A DNA stretch of 64,000 nt from Candidatus Harrisonbacteria bacterium (GCA_023245035.1 JAHFLD010000002.1:131517-195516); one strand, 5' to 3'; positions 50,623-60,793 are shown, numbered from the stretch's first letter. Notes: generated by a model not told the origin, from the sequence alone. A program made the numbers and translations.

Positions 50623-51162
50623 TCAAGATTGAGTTTGCGAGACGGCGAAGGCGAATCCGTAGCCATGACACCACCCGTTGCCAGGCCCGACGTCGTACGT
50701 GCCGAGCCAGCGGCCATCGTCGTAACGGTTCGCGTCCAGCAAGTATGGACCGTAACCCATGGCGCAACTGGATTCGTGCATGGCAACGATGCAGATCAAG
50801 CCCATGGCTTTGATGTCCGCATCAGAGAACTTTTCACGGATGAGGCAGGCCACTTCGGCGTTCGGTTTCGAGAGCTTGCGCCTTTTGGCCTCAGCGCAAA
50901 TTTTCGACTTTACGAGGTCGTTGTCCTTGAAGAGCATACTCTTCAAGATGGCGACCTTGGTCGTGATGTCACTCGTCGGTACAAAGCTTGGCGAACAGAG
51001 CAAATGCCTTGCGTAGCATCCGACGCGGAAACGGTTGCCCCTGAGACGCTTGACCCATTCCTCGCCGGAGGTGCCATCGGAGGTGACGCTGAAGTAGATC
51101 ACACCATCTTTCTCAAGCCACTTTGGCTTCTTCTTGCGCTTGGTCGTCTTCGATTTTACCAC
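50623..51162 (-). CDS. CPR-type hypothetical protein
   Basis: GVIYFSVTSDG, PNAEVACLIR, C-terminal W...GFAFAVS. Confidence 0.75.
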   Translation of the reverse strand: MVKSKTTKRKKKPKWLEKDGVIYFSVTSDGTSGEEWVKRLRGNRFRVGCYARHLLCSPSFVPTSDITTKVAILKSMLFKDNDLVKSKICAEAKRRKLSKPNAEVACLIREKFSDADIKAMGLICIVAMHESSCAMGYGPYLLDANRYDDGRWLGTYDVGPGNGWCHGYGFAFAVSQTQS

Positions 51163-51352
51163 TAGAGCCTTCTTTCTTGGCGTTTGAATTATATCCGAAT
51201 CGCTCGGATGGGCGCTTTACCTCATGGTAAGGTAAGTTGAAATTGTCAACGAACGCTGTTACTCTAGCACGGCTTTTGCTTTTTTGTCAATGACTCTAAG
51301 GCTTGGATGTGTTAGTTGCTTATTTTGAGACTCTCTGTTAATGTATGTTTCA

Positions 51353-51668
51353 GCGCGGGGGGAGACTGCGGGCATGGTGTGGTTTTGACCACTATCGACC
51401 TCATGTTTTTTTCTCCGCGCAACAGATTCAAGAGGCGAGACTATGGGCAGTTTGTTCCTAAAAGGAAACTTAAAGGGACGTGTTTGGCCTCTTTGGCCTT
51501 GAATTGCGAAATGCATTTTCGTTTTTCGAGGTCTTAAATTATGGAGCGAGGGGAACTTAACGGGTACTGTGTTTCGCACTAATTTCCGGGTGTTCTTCCT
51601 CTCTCCAGCTCTTTTGGCGGACTACGCAGATGCTGTTCTTCATTGAACTTTCCCTCGCCTGTTCGCCA
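51353..51668 (+). ncRNA. Stem-loop dual-spacer array 2 (4 units plus one spacer-less hairpin), TIGR-like
   Basis: Same ACT-N10-TGT x2 units; shares aagaggcgagactat and ttttggcggacta with array 1; TTGCTT-N17-TAATGT upstream. Confidence 0.85.
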
Positions 51669-51703
51669 GCCCCATCGCTTGAAAAGTGATGAGGCATTTT
51701 TTT
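51669..51703 (+). terminator. Terminator of array 2
   Basis: gccccatcgctt...aagtgatgaggc plus T-run. Confidence 0.75.
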
Positions 51704-51834
51704 ATGTGCAAGAACTGATAAAGTTTGGGTATTTCTACGCAGAGGCAAAAAACTGGCGTTATTTAAGACATTCGCTCTATAAATAATCTAGCAGTATAAT
51801 GAGAAGATATTATCCAATAAAAATTATAAATCAC

Positions 51835-52428
51835 ATGCGAAAAGATTTAATTTCGGAGAAATTTGATTTTAGCCAGGGACTATCGGGCATGAGCGCCAAG
51901 ATGCTCTCCGAGCACGTGAAGCTCTACGAGGGTTATGTAAAAAAGGCCAATGAAATTCAAGTCAAAATAGAATCGGCTGATAAGAGCGAGGCTAACGGGG
52001 CTTATAGTTTTATTGGCGAGCTAAAACGACAGGAGACTTTTTCGGTTAACGGAATTAAGCTTCACGAGGTTTATTTTGGCCATTTGAAAGGCGATGGCGT
52101 TGCGAAGGGCAAGCTGGTAGAGATGATTGAGCGGGATTTTGGTTCGCTTGAGGCCTGGAAGTTAGACATGGTGGCTACGGGAATTTGCGCCAGAGGTTGG
52201 GCGGTTTTGGCGTATGATTATCGAGATAAAAAACTACACAACTACGGAGCGGACGCGCATAACGTTGGCGCGGTTTGGGGAGCGATACCTTTAATAGTGC
52301 TGGATGTTTATGAGCACGCTTACTTTATGGATTATGGCGTGGCGCGGAAGGATTACCTGGAGGCATTTTTTAAGAATCTTGACTGGGATTTTGCGAATAA
52401 GATTTTAGGCGAGTACGTGCGTGAATAG
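51835..52428 (+). CDS. sod: Fe/Mn superoxide dismutase family protein
   Basis: H..LY.GYV, LHE.YF, DVYEHAY. Confidence 0.9.
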   Translation: MRKDLISEKFDFSQGLSGMSAKMLSEHVKLYEGYVKKANEIQVKIESADKSEANGAYSFIGELKRQETFSVNGIKLHEVYFGHLKGDGVAKGKLVEMIERDFGSLEAWKLDMVATGICARGWAVLAYDYRDKKLHNYGADAHNVGAVWGAIPLIVLDVYEHAYFMDYGVARKDYLEAFFKNLDWDFANKILGEYVRE

Positions 52429-52668
52429 TTTCGCTGGGCGTTAGCCTGTGGATTTTTGGGTTGCGCATATAAAAAGGCGGGTTCTGGTGGTCAGAACCCG
52501 CCTGTCCGGGGTGAGTCAGCCAACAACCACCCCGAACGCATTGGAAACACAGCCGTGCCAAGGTGATGAAGTACCGTGGAGATTCGCATGGACGCGGAGA
52601 GTTGCCGTTTTACGGCTGTGTTTCACTCGAAGGTGCTGATTTTACTTTAGTCGCCGGTTATTCCGCTG

Positions 52669-53547
52669 TCAACCCACAATTACCGGTTTTTTTCCTTCAA
52701 CCTGCAAGAGACGCGGAATAAAGATGCCGTTTCGCAAAAATCCTTTGAGGATTTTGACGCGTTTTTTGTCGGGAAACTTGTGGGCGACGAGTTCCGGCGT
52801 GCCCATGGTCCAGACGCCCGGCTCGGGATTAAGAGCCCGAACCAGACGATCCAGATCGAGCGCCGCTTGGCCGCCTTTAGTTAAGGCATCGCGAACTTTA
52901 TCCGGCAAAACATAGGCCTCGGCGGTGCTGATTTTTTTGGTCACCGTGGCCTGATGGTGGTCTTGTTCCTGTGGAGTTATTTTTCCCGAGATAAATTGGG
53001 GAATGGAATCCAAAATCAGACTGGCGGAGTTTAGGGCGAGCTTGGTTTCGAGTGAGATATAGTCATCATTGGGCTCAATAGGCAAGGAGCGCAGGGAAAT
53101 TATCGGGCCGTGATCGGTTTTCTCGTCCAAGACATAAAGCGTAACGCCGGTCTCTGAATCGCCGGAGAGTATGGCTTGTTGAATAGGCGAGGCTCCGCGA
53201 TTACGAGGCAGGAGTGATGGATGCACACCGATTGAGGCGTGGCGCGGAAGGCCAAAAACGCTGGCGGAAATTATCTGGGCATAGGCGGCGATCAGAAAAA
53301 AATCCGCTTTTATATCCCGCAGTTCGTTAATGATTTCTTCGGGGCGTTCCGGTTGAAAAATGGGAAAAGTCAATTTTTTGGCCAGCGCAAATTGCTTGGT
53401 GAGCGGCGCAGTTAACTTACGATGCTTGCCGGCGGCGCGATCGGGATTACAAACCAGAGCCAGCGGGGGATGACCGGCGCGAACCAGTTCCTGCAGAATT
53501 ATTTCCGCGAATCGGGGACTGCCAAAAAAACAATAATTCAGTTTCAT
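52669..53547 (-). CDS. fmt: Methionyl-tRNA formyltransferase
   Basis: FFGSP.FA, HPSLLP..RGASPI; adjacent to def. Confidence 0.93.
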   Translation of the reverse strand: MKLNYCFFGSPRFAEIILQELVRAGHPPLALVCNPDRAAGKHRKLTAPLTKQFALAKKLTFPIFQPERPEEIINELRDIKADFFLIAAYAQIISASVFGLPRHASIGVHPSLLPRNRGASPIQQAILSGDSETGVTLYVLDEKTDHGPIISLRSLPIEPNDDYISLETKLALNSASLILDSIPQFISGKITPQEQDHHQATVTKKISTAEAYVLPDKVRDALTKGGQAALDLDRLVRALNPEPGVWTMGTPELVAHKFPDKKRVKILKGFLRNGIFIPRLLQVEGKKPVIVG

Positions 53548-54098
53548 ACCGTGTCTTCGGAAATAAGCGGCTCTTCGGCCGTGGGGAGGTAGATTTTTTT
53601 GGCCTTATCAACAAATAAAGTTCCGTGCAGGTGATCAACTTCGTGCTGAAAAATATGAGCCAGCAGTCCCCAGGCTTTAACGCGCAGCGGCTTGCCTTTG
53701 AGGTCAAAGCCGGTGAGGGTTACTTTGGCCGCGCGGGTTACCAAGCCGGTTGAGCCGATAACACTCAAACAGCCTTCTTCTAGGTCCTTGGTTTCTTGAT
53801 CAAGGCGCAAAACCGGATTTACGACCGTATAGAATTTGGGCCGACCGCCGCCTTCGGACGGAACTTCCGCCACAAAGAGGCGCAGGTTGAGACCGATCTG
53901 GTTGGCCGAGAGGCCGATGCCGTGAGCGCGTTTCATAATTGCCCGCATGATTTTGCCGACGCGCTGGAGTTCGGCGAGATTGATTTTGCCAAAATCAATC
54001 AATTCGGTTTTGCGGTGCAAAAAATCCGCCTGTTTTTTATCGTCAACGGTCAAAATTTCGCTCTTGGGCGTAATGTCTTCCAACTTCAAAGGAATCAT
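53544..54098 (-). CDS. def: Peptide deformylase
   Basis: GIGLSANQ, EGCLS, QHEVDHL. Confidence 0.96.
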   Translation of the reverse strand: MIPLKLEDITPKSEILTVDDKKQADFLHRKTELIDFGKINLAELQRVGKIMRAIMKRAHGIGLSANQIGLNLRLFVAEVPSEGGGRPKFYTVVNPVLRLDQETKDLEEGCLSVIGSTGLVTRAAKVTLTGFDLKGKPLRVKAWGLLAHIFQHEVDHLHGTLFVDKAKKIYLPTAEEPLISEDTV

Positions 54099-54388
54099 AC
54101 TTGAGTTCCACGGCGGGGAGCGCTTCGCTTAACTAGACGCATAAAGTAGGCCCCGTGATTTTTAATATCAGGTTTTTCGGCGATACTCTTGGCGAGGCTC
54201 AAAAGATAATCAGGATTGCCTTCTTTGGCAAGTTTAATGTAGAGTGCCCGATGCTCCATATCCCGAAGCGTAGTCGCGATAGAGAGGCCGATTAATTGGT
54301 GCGAGGTGGTGACTCGGGTGTTTTGAGCGCGTTCTTTGAGGTTGCGCAGGTAGTCGAGGCGTGCTTCGTGAAGGTCCTTCATGTACAA
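54095..54388 (-). CDS. Conserved hypothetical protein
   Basis: L.D..H.ALYIKLAK...GAYFM; coupled to def. Confidence 0.7.
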   Translation of the reverse strand: MYMKDLHEARLDYLRNLKERAQNTRVTTSHQLIGLSIATTLRDMEHRALYIKLAKEGNPDYLLSLAKSIAEKPDIKNHGAYFMRLVKRSAPRRGTQV

Positions 54389-54430
54389 TCAAGTATAACA
54401 GAAATTGAGCGCGAAAGAATAATCCACATC

Positions 54431-54994
54431 ATGAAAAAACGGCTTTTTATCGGCTTGGCTTTGCCGAATGAAATCAAAAAACATCTCAAACGCGAGATGG
54501 AAAAAATTAGTCCTCGCCTGCAAGACGCGCGCGTGGTAAAACCGGATTTGTGGCACATTACGCTGCTCTTTTTGGGATATCAGGAGGATGAGTTCTTGCC
54601 GGCGATAATTGAGGCCTTACAGAAGGCCGGTGAGGCGTTTTCGCCGCCATTGATTAAATTTTCCCACATGGCCACCCACCCGCAAAAAAAACCGAGGGTT
54701 TTGTGGGTTGAGACCGATCAGGCGACGGCGGAAATACTTCGGCCAATCAAAAATCTTTTAGAGGAGTCAGTTCTCGCCTCGGGATTGCCACTTGATCCCG
54801 ATATTCACCCCTTGCGACCACATATAACCTTGGCAAGAATTGAAGAGAGGGCGAGAATAGAAGTTAATCCAATTTCATTAACTGATTCATTTGAGGCCGA
54901 AACTTTGGAACTTTTTGAATCTATTTTGGACGCAAACAACGGGCCGGAATACATAACGCTTCAGCGTTTTGCATTTGGCGAGAAAACAGACTAG
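54431..54994 (+). CDS. thpR: RNA 2',3'-cyclic phosphodiesterase (2H family)
   Basis: RLFI, HITL.FLG, PHITLAR. Confidence 0.9.
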   Translation: MKKRLFIGLALPNEIKKHLKREMEKISPRLQDARVVKPDLWHITLLFLGYQEDEFLPAIIEALQKAGEAFSPPLIKFSHMATHPQKKPRVLWVETDQATAEILRPIKNLLEESVLASGLPLDPDIHPLRPHITLARIEERARIEVNPISLTDSFEAETLELFESILDANNGPEYITLQRFAFGEKTD

Positions 54995-55011
54995 AATAGC
55001 GTTACTGATAT

Positions 55012-56235
55012 ATGACTGAAAATCATCGTTCGATTCGTCTTTTTGCGGGGATAGCCATTGCTTCGCTGTTGGTTAGCGGCGGAGTTTTTTACTCCGGTTA
55101 TCGCACCGGAACGGCGCACTCGGGAAGCGTTGTCGTTACCGGAGTAAATAACGCGACCGCGAGCGAAGCGCCGGCGGATTTTAAAATTTTTTGGGAAGTT
55201 TGGAGCAAGCTTAAGAACGAACACTTGAACGGTGGCGAGGCGAATAACCAGGATTTAATTTATGGAGCGGTTTCCGGCTTGACCAACGCGCTGGGCGATC
55301 CGCATACAATTTTTCTAAAGCCGGTAATCTCCCAGAAGTTTGAGCAGGATTTGCGGGGAGTTTTTGGCGGTATCGGAGCGGAAATCGGCATTAAAAAAGA
55401 TCAGTTGGTGGTGGTGGCGCCGCTTAAGGATTCGCCGGCGGAAAAAGCGGGGATTAAGGCCGGTGATCGAATTTTGAAAATCGGGGAGACTTTTACCGAT
55501 GGCATTACCATTGATGACGCGGTGACCAAGATTCGCGGGCCAGTCGGAACTCCGGCACTGCTAGCCATTTTCCGCGAGGCCTGGGAAAAGCCGAAGGATT
55601 TCTCGATTACGCGGGAGATAATCCGAATTCCGACGCTTAAGTGGAATAATCGCGATGACGGCTTGGTTCATATTCAACTTTATAACTTTAACGAGAACGC
55701 GCCGCAGGAATTTTTCCGCGAGGCCTCGGCGTCACTGCTTAATCCGCCGAAGGGAATTATTTTGGATATGCGCAACAATCCGGGCGGATTTTTAGATGTG
55801 GCGGTCAACTTGGCCGGCTGGTTTTTGGACAAGAATTCACTGGTGGCCAGCGAGGAGTTTCGCTCCAAGGAACGGCGTGAATTTCGCACCAACGGCAACG
55901 CCGCTTTTGCCAAGGTACCCCTGGTAATTTTGGTTAACGAGGGTTCGGCTTCGGCTTCGGAAATTTTGGCCGGAGCTCTGCGCGATTTGCGAGCAATCCC
56001 GCTGATTGGCAAGAAGACTTTCGGCAAAGGAAGCGTGCAGGATCTGCAAACTTTGAGCGATGGTTCAAAACTAAAGCTCACGATAGCGCATTGGTTAACG
56101 CCTAAAGACGGATTAATTGATAAGGTTGGTATTCCGGTTGATTTTGAAGTTGAGGTCACCGAGGAAAACAGCAAAGACGGCAAGGATCCACAACTGGCGA
56201 AGGCTCTAGAGGTATTGAAGGCAAAAATTAAATAA
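55012..56235 (+). CDS. S41 C-terminal processing protease
   Basis: [31 protein letters not shown]. Confidence 0.95.
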   Translation: MTENHRSIRLFAGIAIASLLVSGGVFYSGYRTGTAHSGSVVVTGVNNATASEAPADFKIFWEVWSKLKNEHLNGGEANNQDLIYGAVSGLTNALGDPHTIFLKPVISQKFEQDLRGVFGGIGAEIGIKKDQLVVVAPLKDSPAEKAGIKAGDRILKIGETFTDGITIDDAVTKIRGPVGTPALLAIFREAWEKPKDFSITREIIRIPTLKWNNRDDGLVHIQLYNFNENAPQEFFREASASLLNPPKGIILDMRNNPGGFLDVAVNLAGWFLDKNSLVASEEFRSKERREFRTNGNAAFAKVPLVILVNEGSASASEILAGALRDLRAIPLIGKKTFGKGSVQDLQTLSDGSKLKLTIAHWLTPKDGLIDKVGIPVDFEVEVTEENSKDGKDPQLAKALEVLKAKIK

Positions 56236-56240
56236 CCCAG

Positions 56241-56666
56241 GTGATGCAGGTTATCTTCCTTAAGGACGTTAAAGGAATCGGCCGAAGAATGGAGGCGAAA
56301 AACGTGGCCGACGGCTACGCGAAAAATTTTTTGTTTCCACGAGGACTCGCGATTCCGGCTACCGACTCGGCGCTAACCGAGAAGAAAAAAACCGAAGCGG
56401 CGGAGATTACGGCGCGGGAGACGCTTGTCTTGAAAGCAAAAAACCTGGAAGCGCTAAATATTTCTTTCAAAGTCGCTTCCGGAAAAAACGGGGAAGTTAT
56501 CGGCGGCGTGACCGCCGAGGATATACGGCGCGATCTTGAGTCGCGCGGTTTTAGCCCGCAGAAAATTGAACTTACTCATTCTTTGCGCAAGTTTGGCGAG
56601 CATGAGGTGGAAATTGAACTTGGTCACGGAATTAAGTCTAAAATCAGAATCACGATTAGAAATTAA
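56241..56666 (+). CDS. rplI: 50S ribosomal protein L9
   Basis: [20 protein letters not shown]. Confidence 0.95.
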   Translation: MMQVIFLKDVKGIGRRMEAKNVADGYAKNFLFPRGLAIPATDSALTEKKKTEAAEITARETLVLKAKNLEALNISFKVASGKNGEVIGGVTAEDIRRDLESRGFSPQKIELTHSLRKFGEHEVEIELGHGIKSKIRITIRN

Positions 56667-56716
56667 AACGCGCCAGACATGGCGCGTTTTAAGATGAGAA
56701 AACCAAGAAGGGAAAT

Positions 56717-56995
56717 TTATTTACTAACCACGCTGATTCTGGTCGCGTAGCGGCGATTGCCGTCAAACTTAATCTTCTTGACCGGCTTGTAAACCACCGT
56801 GCCGCTAACTCCGGCGTAGAGGCTATCATCTCCGGCGCGGCGGACGTTCTTTCCCGGGAGATAGCGAGTGCCTCGCTGACGCAGGATAATTTCACCGGCG
56901 CCAACCGCTTCGTTGTGATTAACTTTAACGCCAAGGCGTTTAGAGATAGAGTCGCGGCCTAATTTGGTAGAGCCGCCTGATTTGGTATGAGCCAT
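56717..56995 (-). CDS. rpmA: 50S ribosomal protein L27
   Basis: MAHTKSGGST..GRDS..KRLGVK, RQRGT. Confidence 0.97.
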   Translation of the reverse strand: MAHTKSGGSTKLGRDSISKRLGVKVNHNEAVGAGEIILRQRGTRYLPGKNVRRAGDDSLYAGVSGTVVYKPVKKIKFDGNRRYATRISVVSK

Positions 56996-57150
56996 ATTTT
57001 AATTAGAAGGGACAGACGTATTTGGCGCATTTCTCCCTTCGGGAGACAGGTCTTTGTTGCGAGCGCTCAAATCCGTAAGTCCTATTTTTGTCCAGCTTTT
57101 CTTTTTCCGATATTTTTTAGTCTTGTCATTATAGTCTATACTGATTGCAT

Positions 57151-57870
57151 ATGTCAACCAAGAAGCGGCTGGTGTTTGATATTGAGACGATTGGCGAGGA
57201 TTTTGACGCCTTGGACGAGACAACTAAGTCGTCGCTGACCCGCTGGATTGAACGCGAAGCCTACGACACCGAAGAATATCACCGTTCGCTCACTGATTTG
57301 AAAAACGGACTTGGGTTTTCGCCGCTAACCGGAGAAATTGTGGCGGTCGGGGTTTTGGACATTGACCGGGAAAAGGGCGGGGTTTATTTTCAGTCGCCGG
57401 ATAAAAAGATGGAGCGCTTTGAGGAGGACGGCATTACCTTTGAAGCGATGACTGAGGCCGAGATTTTGAAAAAATTTTGGGAGATTGCCGCGCAGTATAA
57501 TCTGTTTGCCACCTTTAACGGGCGGCCGTTTGACGCGCCGTTTTTGATGATTCGATCGGCGATTCACGGAATTCGCCCCAGCAAAAATCTGATGGCGGGG
57601 CGATACTTATCTCAACAGCACGCCGAGGCGGTGCATATTGATTTACTGGATCAGCTTTCGTTTATGGGAGCGGTTCGCAAAAAGGGCAGTTTGCATCTGT
57701 GGTCGCGGGCGTTTGGAATTAAGAGCCCCAAGAGCGAGGGCGTGACGGGAGACGACGTGGCTAAGCTCTTTGCTCAAAAAAAATACCTGGAGATTGCCAG
57801 ATACAACATCGGCGACCTACGGGCAACAAGGGAACTTTTCCGCAAATGGGAGGAGTTTCTTAATTTTTAG
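57151..57870 (+). CDS. RNase H-like 3'-5' exonuclease (PolB-related)
   Basis: VFDIET, TFNG..FD.P, Y...D. Confidence 0.85.
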   Translation: MSTKKRLVFDIETIGEDFDALDETTKSSLTRWIEREAYDTEEYHRSLTDLKNGLGFSPLTGEIVAVGVLDIDREKGGVYFQSPDKKMERFEEDGITFEAMTEAEILKKFWEIAAQYNLFATFNGRPFDAPFLMIRSAIHGIRPSKNLMAGRYLSQQHAEAVHIDLLDQLSFMGAVRKKGSLHLWSRAFGIKSPKSEGVTGDDVAKLFAQKKYLEIARYNIGDLRATRELFRKWEEFLNF

Positions 57871-57873
57871 TTT

Positions 57874-58071
57874 ATGTGGCGCAGGATACTTTTGTGGTTT
57901 GACCAATATGAAAAGATTATTTTAATCGCGGCGCTGGTCTCTGGCGTTAGCGCGGCGAGCTTTGCCATCGGCTACCTAATCGCCAATCGCAACGCCACTT
58001 CGCCGATCGTGATTCAAAAGGGTTGTAATGATAAAAATCTGCCGGGAATAGAGAGGCTGCAAAAGAATTAG
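57874..58071 (+). CDS. Small membrane protein
   Basis: Single TM, SF.IGYL...PIVI. Confidence 0.6.
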   Translation: MWRRILLWFDQYEKIILIAALVSGVSAASFAIGYLIANRNATSPIVIQKGCNDKNLPGIERLQKN

Positions 58072-58253
58072 GAGAAATAAAAAAATCCCCCGAAGTTTTT
58101 GGCTTCGGGGGAGCGGACACAGGCTCGTTAGTTTTTTTAAGAACATATCGAGAATAGTCCGCTTTAAGAGAGGCGAGCGCGGAGTGGAGCACGCAGTAGT
58201 TCGAGTGGAATCTCCACAGCGCCACGTAAGTACTTCCATCCGTGCTCGTTGTG

Positions 58254-58928
58254 TCAGATTTCGCGCTTGCGGGCGGAGGCTAAGCCGAGGAGGAAGTCGC
58301 GATTATCACTATCGCGGGCGTTAATAACCAAGCCGTAGCTTCTACTGAAACTGCCGACGATGACCTGTTCGCCACTAGGAGCCTCATCTACACAGCGAAC
58401 GTAGATCTTCTCGAACAGGCGTTCGCCCTTATCCGCTGAAGCTCCGGCAGACAAGCTCGTCTTGAGGAAGTGACCGATGATGGTATAGACCATCACGCGC
58501 GCCTTGGGAGTCTCCTCGTTAGAGGCCAAAAGCGCCTGCTGTTCATCCCACGTCTTCGACGGGGAGTTCGCAACCGGCGTCTTTCGCACGAGATGCCACT
58601 CTGGAGTACCCCCATCTACGGCGAACGCTCGATTTTTGTACCAGGTCTCTCCTTCGAACAACTCCATCCGACTGGAAGGCGATAGCCAATTGGTGAACGG
58701 GTTACCTGGTGGGCGGGCCTTGTTGCGGATTCCCACGATCGAGATGGAGGGTGTTGCTACAAGAATGTGGCTATCTTTGCATGATTTGAGCGTTGCCTCG
58801 CTAAAAGGGACCTCCGCTAGGGCGGTGATCTCGTCGTTGCTTGGAATCAGTCCGAAGTGGCGGATGGCGTCTTCGATGCCGAAGAAGTTGCGCCCCATGA
58901 TCTGCTTGGCTTGCAAAACCGTGGTCAT
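58254..58928 (-). CDS. CPR-type hypothetical protein with in-frame palindrome insertion
   Basis: A..IMG.NFFG, W.LVRK.PV..S..K.W.EQ, GERLFE..YVRC, GLASARK. Confidence 0.8.
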   Translation of the reverse strand: MTTVLQAKQIMGRNFFGIEDAIRHFGLIPSNDEITALAEVPFSEATLKSCKDSHILVATPSISIVGIRNKARPPGNPFTNWLSPSSRMELFEGETWYKNRAFAVDGGTPEWHLVRKTPVANSPSKTWDEQQALLASNEETPKARVMVYTIIGHFLKTSLSAGASADKGERLFEKIYVRCVDEAPSGEQVIVGSFSRSYGLVINARDSDNRDFLLGLASARKREI

Positions 58929-59039
58929 TCAAATCTCCTTCTGGAAATGGAAAAAATGTGAGTTGTAAAAGAACTTGGGGAGTATAATACATATTGTACT
59001 AATTTGTCAATGACAGAGGCCTTGTGCTATAATCCCAAT

Positions 59040-59459
59040 AGCTCATTGAGGCAGGTGATTGCGTCTCCCTAAGGGAGATGAGGAAAGTCCGGACACTATT
59101 TTCCGCCAATTGGCGGATCAAAAAAGGTAGCGATTCGACGCAAGTCGAATTCCAGGAGAAGCGAGGGAGCTTTGACTGGAGCTAACAGCCGTCTGCCGTA
59201 AGGCACGAGGTGCGAACAGAGACGTCCACGATTCGAAAGAATCGGGAGAACCTTATCCCAGCGCAACAGGTTCAGCTCCGCCATAGGGAATTAAAGCGGA
59301 GGTGCAACGGCTAAATCCTTACCGAGTGCAAGATCGTGTTCCGACGCCTTGCGGCGTCGGAAAGAATCGCTTGAGCCGCCGCGCAAGCGGCGGCCTAGAC
59401 AGATAATCACCGCTGGCCGATGAGGCTGGTTACAGAATCCGGCTTATGCCCGATGAGCT
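59040..59459 (+). ncRNA. rnpB: RNase P RNA
   Basis: GAGGAAAGTCC and ACAGAATCCGGCTTA conserved regions, agctcat/atgagct P1 helix, TATAAT upstream. Confidence 0.95.
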
Positions 59460-59511
59460 ACAAACACCCCGCGGAAACGCGGGGTGTTTGGTTTGTCGGG
59501 CAGGAGTTTTT

Positions 59512-59940
59512 TTATTGGACCGCGGATTCCGGTGGGAGCGCGCCATCAAGCGCCAGGTTTACCATGCGGTCGGCGGCTTTGTTTTCTTCGCGCGGAACTT
59601 TATGGAAGCGAACGCTTTTAAAATCCTGACGCAGATTCCAGACTTCCACGAATAACTTTTGCAGTTCCGGTTCTTTGATCTTGTACTCGCCGAGCGCCTG
59701 CTTGTATAAGAGTTCGCTGTCGGTGTTGATGACGAGTTCAATTTCTTTTTTGGCGGCGGAACCAAAAAGCTGTTTGGCTTTTTTGAGCGCCAAAATGACC
59801 GCCATATATTCGGCGACATTGTTGGTGGTTTCGCCTAAAACTTTGGCGTAACCGCGTCCGTCAATCGTAAATCCTGAAGCGGCCGGTCCCGGGTTCCCGC
59901 GCGCGCCGCCGTCGGTAAAAATTATTATTTCTTTTCCCAT
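59512..59940 (-). CDS. rnhA: Ribonuclease HI
   Basis: FTDGGARGNPG, TNNVAEY, DSEL, REEN..AD. Confidence 0.93.
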   Translation of the reverse strand: MGKEIIIFTDGGARGNPGPAASGFTIDGRGYAKVLGETTNNVAEYMAVILALKKAKQLFGSAAKKEIELVINTDSELLYKQALGEYKIKEPELQKLFVEVWNLRQDFKSVRFHKVPREENKAADRMVNLALDGALPPESAVQ

Positions 59941-60782
59941 AGAAGCGGTTGATGAGTGTATTGCCAAGGAAAAACCTGACCTTCTTTTAACCGAAATCCG
60001 GAGGCGTTAGGATGGCCGCCGCCGCCATAGCGGGAGGAGATCTCCGCGAGATTGGCTCGCCCCTGGCCGCGAAGAGAAACTTTGACGCCTTCTTCGGTAG
60101 CATACCAGATTAGGGCGGCGTCGTAACCTCGTTTAACAATTTCATTGCCGGCTTGATCTTGCAAAAGCGAGCTGTTTAAGATGCCGACGCTTAAGTTTTC
60201 AAAGATGCCGTCCGAAACTCTTTTAAGGAGATCTTGAACTTGCGAGAGGGTTTTTTGGCGCAAAACCCTGCCTTCGCCGAGTATTTTTTTGAAGCTCAAG
60301 GCGTTTTTGAAATCACGCTCGGCGACATCCCAGGCGCGAAAGTCGTGAGGCAAAAGTTCCAACGCGGCGGCGATCCAATAGTCGCGCTCTGTTTTGAATT
60401 TCCAGAGGTCGCGCATTTCCACATAGCGCAAGAGTTTGGGGAGTGGTTTCGAGGGGTTAAAATATCTCCAGGCAAGGGCGGAGCCGGAATGCTTGGTGTC
60501 AAAGATTTTGTTCTCAATCAGATGAAGCAGAGCTTTGGAGCTTTCGTGGTGGTCAACAAAAACAAAGGAACCGGCTTGTTTGATAATGGCCTCCAGTTCT
60601 CGCTCGTGAATGCCAAAGTCAAGCAGATAGACTTCGGCGCCCTTAACTTCCGGCGGTATTAAATCATCGTAGTGAAGCGGCAGATAAACCGCCCGCGAGC
60701 CGAATTTTTTCCGCGCCGCCCAGGCGGCCCCAAAGCCGTCGGGGCAGTCGCCGTGGTAGAGAACGACGATTTTTTGTTTCAT
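59925..60782 (-). CDS. DHH/DHHA1 phosphoesterase
   Basis: YH.DCPDG, DHH, SLR, GGGGH..ASG. Confidence 0.9.
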   Translation of the reverse strand: MKQKIVVLYHGDCPDGFGAAWAARKKFGSRAVYLPLHYDDLIPPEVKGAEVYLLDFGIHERELEAIIKQAGSFVFVDHHESSKALLHLIENKIFDTKHSGSALAWRYFNPSKPLPKLLRYVEMRDLWKFKTERDYWIAAALELLPHDFRAWDVAERDFKNALSFKKILGEGRVLRQKTLSQVQDLLKRVSDGIFENLSVGILNSSLLQDQAGNEIVKRGYDAALIWYATEEGVKVSLRGQGRANLAEISSRYGGGGHPNASGFRLKEGQVFPWQYTHQPLLWEKK

Positions 60783-60793
60783 AGATTATGACT

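Noticed and set aside
52544-52624. 13-bp inverted repeat gaaacacagccgt/acggctgtgtttc between sod and fmt
   Set aside because: Lacks the ACT-N10-TGT layout; single occurrence with no supportable function
58143-58253. Possible DGR template repeat downstream of the 58254-58928 gene
   Set aside because: No clear nucleotide alignment with adenine-specific mismatches and no reverse transcriptase in the window
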